DNA of 34,489 bases from a virus: the IMG/VR virus record IMGVR_UViG_3300024518_000018, positions 1 to 34,489 of that record; one strand, written 5' to 3'. Below, one piece after another: positions 24,772 to 32,186 of this stretch; the stretch's first letter is position 1, and every line of letters starts with the position of its first letter. The notes under the pieces were generated by a model. The model saw only the letters and a list, made by a program, of their open reading frames with translations. It was not told the DNA's origin and searched no databases. The translations under genes were made by a program, and so were the position numbers.

Positions 24772-26492
24772 TGAAATATCCTTTCTCTAAATTTAGTTTC
24801 ATTACAAAGATCCCCATAATACGCTCTTTTTACAGTTGCCGTGACTTCTGTATCTTTTTTAGATGGCCTTTCCTTCAGAGCACACTCGTATATGGCACTA
24901 ATAAGTTCATTTTTATGCGCCATGTAATCTGTAGGCTCCTCAAAAGACAATTTCACATTAGCTTTAAATTGTTTGTCTGGCACCGAGACAATGCTATCTC
25001 TTCCACAAAGCATGAACTGGATAGGTAATTGGGGAAAACCATCGTGAATCGTACATCTTAAAATACAAGAGCATTCGTTAATAAAATCGATCATTTCATT
25101 ATTTGGTATTCGGCCACAAAATTCTATATTGTCCCTTTTGTATTCTATCTCTCCTTCTTTGTTTTTCCATAACTTTCCCTTATCGCCAAAGAATTTGAAC
25201 TCAATATCAGGACATGCCCTTGCTGCATCTATGACTAGAGGTATATTACTCATACCCCCTTTCCCTTCGAGTTCATTCATATTAGGGGTATCGCTAAAAT
25301 AAACTGCTACGGTGTATTTTTCTGGAAATTGCTTAGTCACCTTATATTTTTCGAGATTGTAAATTGGCGCATATAATAGCTCTGCATCAAATCCCATTTC
25401 TTTTAGTTCTTCCTGCATCCTTGGAGAATTAACAAATGAATAGGTATTTTCTTTTCTCAACTCTTTTTTGATTATATCTAAATCGGCAAATGAGTGACAA
25501 TTTCTTAGTTGCCAGACATCCGTGCCAATGAACTGAATTAACCTTTTCCCTTTCATAATCGAAAAATGTTTGTTAATCGCTTCTTGGGGATGATTAAACA
25601 ATCCTATCATGAACGTTGCTTTCCAATTTTTTAGGTCAAGATTAACAGGATATTTTGCATGATTATGAGATACAGGATCTTGCCCACAATAGTCAGCACC
25701 TAACATTTTAGCTCTCTGCTGTGCCTGTAGTTGTGCTGAAAAAGTTGTAACTACTAAGGAATTGGGTTCAATTTCGTTGATATTATAAAAATAAGCAACT
25801 TTCTCAGCTAATGTCATTTTCTGAGAACCAGAGATATTATCTTCATTTGGTAATTCAGTGGAAAATAGAAACTCGTTGATCCATTTCCCATAATGTCCTT
25901 TTTCCGATGCACGATAAAATAAATCCCAGTCCTGAAAGAATTTTAAATCCTCTCTAAAGCCCCCTATTTCATCGAATACACTGCGTTTTATAGGTGACAT
26001 AGTAGAGATGTAGTTGAACATCCTTAATTCGTCTCTATCGAAAGGTTTGGATGTGTAATTACGAGAATTATCAAATCGGTAATTTCCGTAGACAAAACTT
26101 ACTTTTGTGTCGTTTAGAAACTGTTTCACACATTCGTATAGCGTCCCTGGATAGAGTTGGCAATCAGCATCCACAAAGAATAATATTTCACCGTCGGTAT
26201 TTTTTGCACCTAAGTTACGTGCGTTGGGAGCCCCTTTATTTTCTTTGTTTTGAAGATATTGAAATTCAGATTCTTTTGATAGCTCCTTTAGAAGATCGTC
26301 ATCCTCTTTAGTGAATCCATCTAAAACTACCGTAATATCGTAATTCTTGTAGTCTTGGTCTTTGATAGATTCTATTAAATTGGTGATTGTTTCCTCATTC
26401 TTATAATAAGGGATCACAATAGAAATTTTAGGGTATTCGTTTTCCGATTCTACCCATTCCTGCTCTGTATCAAATGTCTTCGCTGTTACCAT
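24756..26492 (-). CDS. Two-domain glycosyltransferase (N-terminal GT2, C-terminal GT-B-like)
   Basis: 578 aa. The N-terminal half has ISIVIPYYKNEETITNLIESIKDQDY, VVLDG and VDADCQ. The C-terminal half (FFGDKG..., IEFCGRIPNNEM..., HDGFPQLPIQFMLCGR) resembles a GT4-type C-domain. Confidence 0.7.
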   Translation of the reverse strand: MVTAKTFDTEQEWVESENEYPKISIVIPYYKNEETITNLIESIKDQDYKNYDITVVLDGFTKEDDDLLKELSKESEFQYLQNKENKGAPNARNLGAKNTDGEILFFVDADCQLYPGTLYECVKQFLNDTKVSFVYGNYRFDNSRNYTSKPFDRDELRMFNYISTMSPIKRSVFDEIGGFREDLKFFQDWDLFYRASEKGHYGKWINEFLFSTELPNEDNISGSQKMTLAEKVAYFYNINEIEPNSLVVTTFSAQLQAQQRAKMLGADYCGQDPVSHNHAKYPVNLDLKNWKATFMIGLFNHPQEAINKHFSIMKGKRLIQFIGTDVWQLRNCHSFADLDIIKKELRKENTYSFVNSPRMQEELKEMGFDAELLYAPIYNLEKYKVTKQFPEKYTVAVYFSDTPNMNELEGKGGMSNIPLVIDAARACPDIEFKFFGDKGKLWKNKEGEIEYKRDNIEFCGRIPNNEMIDFINECSCILRCTIHDGFPQLPIQFMLCGRDSIVSVPDKQFKANVKLSFEEPTDYMAHKNELISAIYECALKERPSKKDTEVTATVKRAYYGDLCNETKFRERIFQCLKK

Positions 26493-26781
26493 TGAATATC
26501 TCCTTCACTTTTTTATCAATTTCACTAGATATAAGATCACCTATCTCTTTGTTGATAGGGTGACAAATATCAAGTGACTTTTTTTCACTTAGTTTTTTCT
26601 GAGGATACCTTATGTAATATCCTTCCTTTTTGAGGAACTTGTAAACTCCTATGCTAGAGACATAGAAAAAGGGAACAATTTTATCGTTTTCTTCAAAGGA
26701 CAAAGTAAAATTCGCAAATGCGATTAATCCTTTAGATGGCTTGATGGGCATAATGTCTACTTCAGTCACTTTAATATTCAA
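26470..26781 (-). CDS. spoVG: SpoVG-family protein
   Basis: KVTEVDIMPIKPSKGLIAFANFTLS and DICHPINKEIGDLISSEI align by eye with B. subtilis SpoVG (VTDVRLRRV..RMRAIASITLD and DITHPINSSTRGKIQDAV). Apparent TTG start with no clear SD. Confidence 0.65.
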   Translation of the reverse strand: MNIKVTEVDIMPIKPSKGLIAFANFTLSFEENDKIVPFFYVSSIGVYKFLKKEGYYIRYPQKKLSEKKSLDICHPINKEIGDLISSEIDKKVKEIFNGNSEDI

Positions 26782-26807
26782 TGTTTCACTTTTTTATTGG
26801 TACTTTA

Positions 26808-26821
26808 TCTATAATTATAGA
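26808..26821. promoter_or_regulatory. Perfect 14-bp palindrome TCTATAATTATAGA (late-promoter candidate)
   Basis: It lies 27 nt upstream of the SpoVG-like start on the minus strand and carries TATAAT on both strands. Confidence 0.5.
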
Positions 26822-26825
26822 TTAA

Positions 26826-26854
26826 TTGTTAATATTAAGAAAGGGTTCTATAAT
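26826..26854 (+). promoter_or_regulatory. Promoter of the lipoprotein gene, leaderless geometry
   Basis: TTGTTA (26826-26831), 17-nt spacer, TATAAT (26849-26854), then 6 nt to the ATG at 26861. No SD. Confidence 0.5.
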
Positions 26855-26860
26855 TAGAAT

Positions 26861-27205
26861 ATGAAGAAATTATTTATTATTATTTTGTGTTTGATTGTAT
26901 GTTTGGGCTGCAGCAAACCAAGTGATAATCCAGTAATAACTGTCACATACAAGAGACATTATTTCAGTGAGTTTGGGGATCGATTAAACGTAGTATTCGA
27001 CTATAATAATCCAAATTCGTCTGTCTATTACACTAATGTTAGTTGGACTTTATTGTTTGGCGATGATTACGAAATTGACCTCAATACAAGTAAATATTTA
27101 TTATCTGGATCGGGTACATTCACACATCGTCTAGGATATAGATCTGACGATCATGGCGGTGTACAGTCAATTACTATAACTGGCGTTTCAAGTACAGCGG
27201 ATTAG
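26861..27205 (+). CDS. Lipoprotein encoded on the opposite strand inside the late block
   Basis: Signal peptide plus lipobox MKKLFIIILCLIVCLGC|SK. 114 aa. It has its own promoter and terminator. Confidence 0.7.
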   Translation: MKKLFIIILCLIVCLGCSKPSDNPVITVTYKRHYFSEFGDRLNVVFDYNNPNSSVYYTNVSWTLLFGDDYEIDLNTSKYLLSGSGTFTHRLGYRSDDHGGVQSITITGVSSTAD

Positions 27206-27211
27206 TAAAGA

Positions 27212-27227
27212 GGGGCCGGGTGGCCCC
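27212..27227. terminator. GC-rich hairpin between convergent capsid and lipoprotein genes
   Basis: GGGGCC-gggt-GGCCCC in an otherwise AT-rich genome. A T-run follows on the minus strand only. Confidence 0.55.
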
Positions 27228-27246
27228 CCCATACAATAACAAAAGC

Positions 27247-28341
27247 TTATAGCTCTGTTGTGAGAATGAAAATCCCTGCAGATTTGTTCAAGACTTTTCC
27301 AGCTGAGAAGATGGAGAAAGCTGCTTGTTTAATCATGTTGGTAGGATCATTTGTAGACTGGTTTCCAGATTCTTTCAAGAAGAACTCAAATCCTCTAGAA
27401 CCGCCTTGTCCAGCGATGTCTGCAACACCATATGCTTCGTCACCAAATAATAGTGAACAGAACATATTAGCTGAAGAGTCAGCTAGTGTGTTTCCAGAAA
27501 GTGGATACTTGTAGGCCAAATTTGTTGAGATGATTTTCGTTTGTCCGATTACACCTTCATCAAATGGTCTTTCTTCCATACCAGACTTAGATGTTGGACT
27601 TACCCAACCTTTATAAGCTGATGATGTTTTCAGTTGATATATTGCTGCAGGATGAGCAATAAATCGGTAGAATCCATCGCTTAGTGGTGGAACGTCTTTT
27701 TCTGCTAAAACTGTGACACCATGCAATAGTGTTTTAACTGTTAGTGCTGAAGAGCCTAAAGTTTCAACTAGAGCTGATTGTGCTACACGAGCTTTGTTGT
27801 GGTACATGGGGAATCTATCACCTGCTACTGATGCATCGTGTGACCATACTCTTGCTGTTCCACCTGTTGAATTTAATGTACCGCCGTCGATAGCCAAATT
27901 GTCCATATTTACTGCTGATGCACTTGCGACATCCGCAACACACATACCAATATTATTTCTAACCAGGATATCTAGTGATCTTTGAGCGTTTGACTTAACT
28001 TTTTTAGCTGCTTGAGTAAGTGGATTTGAAATACCAACTAAACTCAATTTACGTGAAAGTTGAACGTATCCGTCTCTTTCATTCAAGGTAACGCTAAGAA
28101 CCTCTGAGGAAAGGTACATTTGTGTCGCAGTAAATTGGTCCGTATTGTTTGCAAACAATGGACTGATTTTTCTATAACGAGTGAATTGTACTGTATCAGA
28201 AATTCCTCTTGGAATTGTTTCACGGTAGGGCGCTTCACCATAAAAAACTGTTCTTGCTTCGAAATCCTTTAGGATATTCTTGGTGTAGAAAGTTTTAACG
28301 GCGTTCGATAATGCTGCTTGGTCCGACTGTTGGTCTGCCAT
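27247..28341 (-). CDS. Major capsid protein
   Basis: 364 aa, immediately downstream of the acidic scaffold-like gene and followed by a strong hairpin. The N-terminal pattern is as in HK97-fold capsid proteins. The call is mainly positional. Confidence 0.7.
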   Translation of the reverse strand: MADQQSDQAALSNAVKTFYTKNILKDFEARTVFYGEAPYRETIPRGISDTVQFTRYRKISPLFANNTDQFTATQMYLSSEVLSVTLNERDGYVQLSRKLSLVGISNPLTQAAKKVKSNAQRSLDILVRNNIGMCVADVASASAVNMDNLAIDGGTLNSTGGTARVWSHDASVAGDRFPMYHNKARVAQSALVETLGSSALTVKTLLHGVTVLAEKDVPPLSDGFYRFIAHPAAIYQLKTSSAYKGWVSPTSKSGMEERPFDEGVIGQTKIISTNLAYKYPLSGNTLADSSANMFCSLLFGDEAYGVADIAGQGGSRGFEFFLKESGNQSTNDPTNMIKQAAFSIFSAGKVLNKSAGIFILTTEL

Positions 28342-28374
28342 ATTTTTCTCCTTATGTCGAAGAAATTACAAAAT

Positions 28375-29280
28375 CTAAAATATAGGGACGTTGACGCCTC
28401 TTTCCTTCATATATTCTAAATACTCATTGGGGTCCGAAGGCTCTTCCTTGAATTTACGTGTATTCAAATTACCGCTCTTACTATTATTAATAGATCCTGC
28501 GCTTTTCTTTTTCCTTACCACGTCATTATTGTCTTTTGAATTAACCTTTGGCGTGTTAAGAGAAAAATTATTTTTAAATACTTCTAACACTGTATTTTGT
28601 ACCCAATTAGGGTCTATCTCCAGTGTATTACGGATTCTTTCTTCTTGTGTTTTCCCAGAGGACTCGAATTTATTTTCAAGAAAAGGTTCTAACTTCCCAA
28701 ATAAATCTGATTCTTGTTGTAATTTCTCAAACGTTTTTTCGTTTTGCTCTTTATTGTACTTTAGTTGTTTCTCTATAAAATCTCGTTTGTTAGCTTCCCG
28801 TGACTCGATTTTATTGGATATCAACTTTTCAATTGCTTCCACATCATTCTTATCATATTGAGCTAAAAAGGCATCTTCTTCTTCCGCTTTAGGTTTTGAG
28901 TTGACAGTTGATTTTAGTTCCTCAACCTCTTTCACAACTTTCCTAAAATCGCCAAGTTCGTTACCTTGCCTGGAAATGTGACGATTCTGATCTTCTATGA
29001 TTTTTATTAGATCGTCTCTTTCCTTTCCTTTATAGAAATTATTTTTCTCTGAAACTTCTTCTTGGTTTACCTCTGGCTCCTCAGATTCTTCAGATTCTTC
29101 ACTAGATTCTTCTTCTTCTTTTTCACTAACTACTTCTTCTTTTTCTTCTTCTTTTTCTTCTTCTTTAGGGGTTTCATCAGAAGCAACTTCTACGGTTTGA
29201 CCACCAGATGTAATAAACTTTTCTAGTTGTTCCGTTTCCATTTCTTCAAAATTGATGTCCTCTTTAACTTCCTCGCTCAT
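28375..29280 (-). CDS. Scaffolding protein candidate
   Basis: 301 aa, extremely acidic and helical (EEKEEEKEEVVSEKEEEESSEESEESEE), located between the portal and capsid genes. Confidence 0.55.
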   Translation of the reverse strand: MSEEVKEDINFEEMETEQLEKFITSGGQTVEVASDETPKEEEKEEEKEEVVSEKEEEESSEESEESEEPEVNQEEVSEKNNFYKGKERDDLIKIIEDQNRHISRQGNELGDFRKVVKEVEELKSTVNSKPKAEEEDAFLAQYDKNDVEAIEKLISNKIESREANKRDFIEKQLKYNKEQNEKTFEKLQQESDLFGKLEPFLENKFESSGKTQEERIRNTLEIDPNWVQNTVLEVFKNNFSLNTPKVNSKDNNDVVRKKKSAGSINNSKSGNLNTRKFKEEPSDPNEYLEYMKERGVNVPIF

Positions 29281-29292
29281 TTATTACTCCTT

Positions 29293-29814
29293 TTAGCCTT
29301 GTTGGGCTTCGTCATTAATTTCTTTGTTTACCTCTTTTGTGTAGCCTTCGACGTGATTTCGATAGGCCTTTTGTGCGTCTGGTTCGTGGATGATCTCTTT
29401 TAGTTTTTCAGACGCAATGTCAACACTAACAATAGTGGCTGACTTAGATCCATCACGTTCATTTTTCTTATCCGCTACTTTCTGACGATTCATTCTGAAT
29501 AGGTCAAAGAACCCCAAGCGACCAATCAATTCGTTTACGATAAATCCGTCAATCTTTCTACCGTTCAGTATTGTAGCTACCTCGGCAACTCTTTCTATTG
29601 TGGTATCGAAAAACTTTGCAGCCGACCGTTTAAACTTATTTTGAGGTTTCTGAAATTCAGGGCCTACATATAATTCCTCATCGAATTTTGGAACTTTCTT
29701 TTCTTTTGGTTTCACTTTCTTTTTTTTGGACTGTTTTTTGGACTGTTTTGTTTCTTCTTCTTTCACTTCTTCTTTCACTTCCTCTGTCACTTCTTCGTTA
29801 ATTTCTTCACTCAT
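29293..29814 (-). CDS. Hypothetical head-module protein with charged repeat N-terminus
   Basis: 173 aa. EVKEEVKEE and KQSKKQSKK are encoded by short tandem nt repeats around 29700-29790. Confidence 0.5.
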   Translation of the reverse strand: MSEEINEEVTEEVKEEVKEEETKQSKKQSKKKKVKPKEKKVPKFDEELYVGPEFQKPQNKFKRSAAKFFDTTIERVAEVATILNGRKIDGFIVNELIGRLGFFDLFRMNRQKVADKKNERDGSKSATIVSVDIASEKLKEIIHEPDAQKAYRNHVEGYTKEVNKEINDEAQQG

Positions 29815-30012
29815 TCAATTGTCTCCTTTATCAAATTTTTTATTCTTAAAATAAGTTAATAGCCTTTCCGTTGCTTGATATTTCGCCGTCTCGACCATTA
29901 TTTTATTTAAATCAATTTCATCTCTGCACATACACGATTTCAATATATTGAATTGTATGTTCAGTTGGTCATCTAGATCATTTAATAGAACTCTTTTTGG
30001 AATATGTTCCAT
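29815..30012 (-). CDS. Hypothetical small head-module protein
   Basis: 65-aa ORF exactly abutting both neighbours. Confidence 0.45.
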   Translation of the reverse strand: MEHIPKRVLLNDLDDQLNIQFNILKSCMCRDEIDLNKIMVETAKYQATERLLTYFKNKKFDKGDN

Positions 30013-32052
30013 TTAACCCTCTCCGATTAAAGCTTTATTTTTTAGCACATACACCTCACCTTCTGCTTTTGCTTTTTGTTTCTCCTGCTCGATAACGACA
30101 TCTTTGTCCATCTCCATTTCCTTGACCATTAATCTATCGTCGATCATCTGTTTTCGCTCTGCTTGCGCTGCTTGTTGTTGTTGCTGTGCAATGATTTGAT
30201 CTGCTTCTTGAACATCCGCTTCTGGTAAGAATATTCCTTCACTATCGTCTTTAATACCATATGCTCTAAGGAAGCGTTCTGTTAGCTCCTTGTAGTCTAT
30301 TCTCTTAGCAAGTGATGGTATGGACTGCGTTAGTTGTAAAAATGCAGTGTATCCAGCTTGATGGGCCATCTCATTGTTTAGTTCAACTGGACCAAGGACC
30401 GATATATCAGGTGTAAAAGCCAAGTCCCTCATATTGAATACAGGTACCAAACTAACTTGTCCTGTCTGTCGGTTCATCTGTTTTTCTAAAAGTCCTTTGC
30501 CTTGTAGATCTTCGACAGACCATACAGCCATAAGATCTTTTTCAGTTTTGAATTGTAGATTTCTCTCGAAAATCATTTCGATGAACGGTTTTATTTCATT
30601 GTTAATTGTTGAGATAATCATCTCATTTATTGGTATATCGTTCTGACTTATTGTCATTGCAGTACCACTCGCTGTTTTAGGTATTAATCTATTATCTGTC
30701 GTACCTTCTTGGACAGGAGATTGACTCCATAATTTATCTAAGTCACGTTCGATATAGATGATTGATTCAGCCGTAACGTTACCCAAATAAGGATTGAGGA
30801 TGGGATGAAAGCCGTTAGAACCTTGTCCTTTTATTACGCCGTTGGGTCGCCATACACCATCCCAAACGACATTCATATCTGTGTTCTTGTACCACATCGG
30901 TGATATCGATCTTGTTTTAGCGTCGATCATCTGCGCCCTTGATGCGTTTAGTTCTTGTATTAAATTATATGATTTCCATACATTTGATTCGCCATAGAAA
31001 CAATTTGAAATTTCTCTATACTTGCCTACAATAAATGGTCTTGTATATTTTTTATGCCTGAATGGTGTTCTCTCTTTTCTTATTACTACATGACCGTTAG
31101 CAATAGTTACCACACATTCTTCTTGTTTTCCGTTACCGTCTATATCGTAGAGGCCCCAACACTCCAACACTTCTATGACCCCCGTCTTCTTTTGTTCCTT
31201 CAATTTCTTTTCATATTCTTGAGAGCCAACGTCCCCGATACCTAGATTCTGTAAATATGTAGACTGTTCTGAAGTTAGACCGTTACCATTCAATTCCACT
31301 AAATTGAGATTGTAGTACATCCCTTCTTCTTCAGGTACTTGACGAGTTCCAATGACTTGTCCCATCTCGTCTTTAACTTCCTCTTCAACTTTCACAGTTC
31401 TCTTTTCATCTGAGCGCAATTGATCCATTGAAATAGTAGTTGAATGGATATTACATTGTGATTCGTATACCGTTTGCTTTGCAACATCGGTATAAAATTC
31501 CTCTAATAGAATTGGTTTAAAATAAGGATTGTCTTTGACCACAATCTCTTCTGGTTCCTCGTCGTCAAAGTATGAAAATTCTTTTACTTCATATTCCTGT
31601 GTTACTTTTGAAACTGTTGTTCCTAAGATAGTCTTATCTTTTTGACTTTGCTTGAAAGCTTCCGCAAAATCTATCTCAGATAACTGATATTCAAAGATAT
31701 ATTTGTTCCATAGCTCTATGAACTTTTCATCTATGTTACGTGCCAACTGGTCTTTGGGGCTGTCTATTCTCGCAAACGGTTCAGCCGAAAATAATACCCG
31801 ATTGATTCTGGAAACGACACCGTTAACCTTCGTATCAATTATTGGTATTCTTATATTAGATCGCCCGTTATATACTTCGTCTATTCGATCGTTATTGAAA
31901 TACAGATTCCGACACTGCGTCCACTTGTTTTCCCAGTCCCCTCTGTCTTGTTCATACTTTGACTTTAGACCGAGAAAATAGCTTAGACATTCCATGTCGT
32001 TTTGGTAAGATTCTGTATCTTCTTCTGATTCCATTTCCTCGAAATAAGCCAT
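30013..32052 (-). CDS. Portal protein
   Basis: 679 aa, first gene after TerL, with a Gln-rich/acidic C-terminus. The call rests on size and position. Confidence 0.7.
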   Translation of the reverse strand: MAYFEEMESEEDTESYQNDMECLSYFLGLKSKYEQDRGDWENKWTQCRNLYFNNDRIDEVYNGRSNIRIPIIDTKVNGVVSRINRVLFSAEPFARIDSPKDQLARNIDEKFIELWNKYIFEYQLSEIDFAEAFKQSQKDKTILGTTVSKVTQEYEVKEFSYFDDEEPEEIVVKDNPYFKPILLEEFYTDVAKQTVYESQCNIHSTTISMDQLRSDEKRTVKVEEEVKDEMGQVIGTRQVPEEEGMYYNLNLVELNGNGLTSEQSTYLQNLGIGDVGSQEYEKKLKEQKKTGVIEVLECWGLYDIDGNGKQEECVVTIANGHVVIRKERTPFRHKKYTRPFIVGKYREISNCFYGESNVWKSYNLIQELNASRAQMIDAKTRSISPMWYKNTDMNVVWDGVWRPNGVIKGQGSNGFHPILNPYLGNVTAESIIYIERDLDKLWSQSPVQEGTTDNRLIPKTASGTAMTISQNDIPINEMIISTINNEIKPFIEMIFERNLQFKTEKDLMAVWSVEDLQGKGLLEKQMNRQTGQVSLVPVFNMRDLAFTPDISVLGPVELNNEMAHQAGYTAFLQLTQSIPSLAKRIDYKELTERFLRAYGIKDDSEGIFLPEADVQEADQIIAQQQQQAAQAERKQMIDDRLMVKEMEMDKDVVIEQEKQKAKAEGEVYVLKNKALIGEG

Positions 32053-32148
32053 AACCTAAGCCTTTAAAACAATTTCATTCGTAAAAACTTCACTACTATT
32101 CTATTTTTAATTATTCATTACTTATTACTTAGGTTCACTTGTTATTCA

Positions 32149-32162
32149 TCTATAATTATAGA
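32149..32162 (-). promoter_or_regulatory. Perfect 14-bp palindrome TCTATAATTATAGA (late-promoter candidate)
   Basis: In the TerL-portal gap, about 97 nt upstream of the portal ATG. Confidence 0.5.
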
Positions 32163-32186
32163 CGATACACCTATATTTTTCCAGGA

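Noticed and set aside
22438-26492. The GT/methyltransferase cassette as a DNA hypermodification system (glycosylated bases)
   Set aside because: I see no dNMP hydroxymethylase or thymidylate-synthase homolog, no dNTP-pool enzymes, no own DNA polymerase and no DNA-methylase motifs. GT2-type enzymes are not the usual DNA glucosyltransferase fold. I cannot fully exclude it without composition data, so it is kept as the refutation route for the main finding.
22438-26492. The cassette as a classical lysogenic-conversion (O-antigen or teichoic acid) locus
   Set aside because: It is co-oriented and overlapped with late structural genes behind a late-type motif. It lacks flippase or bactoprenol-linked components (GtrA/GtrB-like) and has no independent host-type promoter. 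This remains the main alternative hypothesis.
28391-28861. 156-aa plus-strand ORF, and similar antisense ORFs in the track (for example 13247-13519, 13559-13879, 13955-14317, 16755-17066, 21637-21936, 22577-22912, 27713-27985, 30374-30646)
   Set aside because: All lie wholly inside longer minus-strand genes that have clear motifs or operon context. They lack SD sequences and have low-complexity, Ser/Leu/Phe-rich translations typical of shadow frames in AT-rich or repeat-rich coding DNA.
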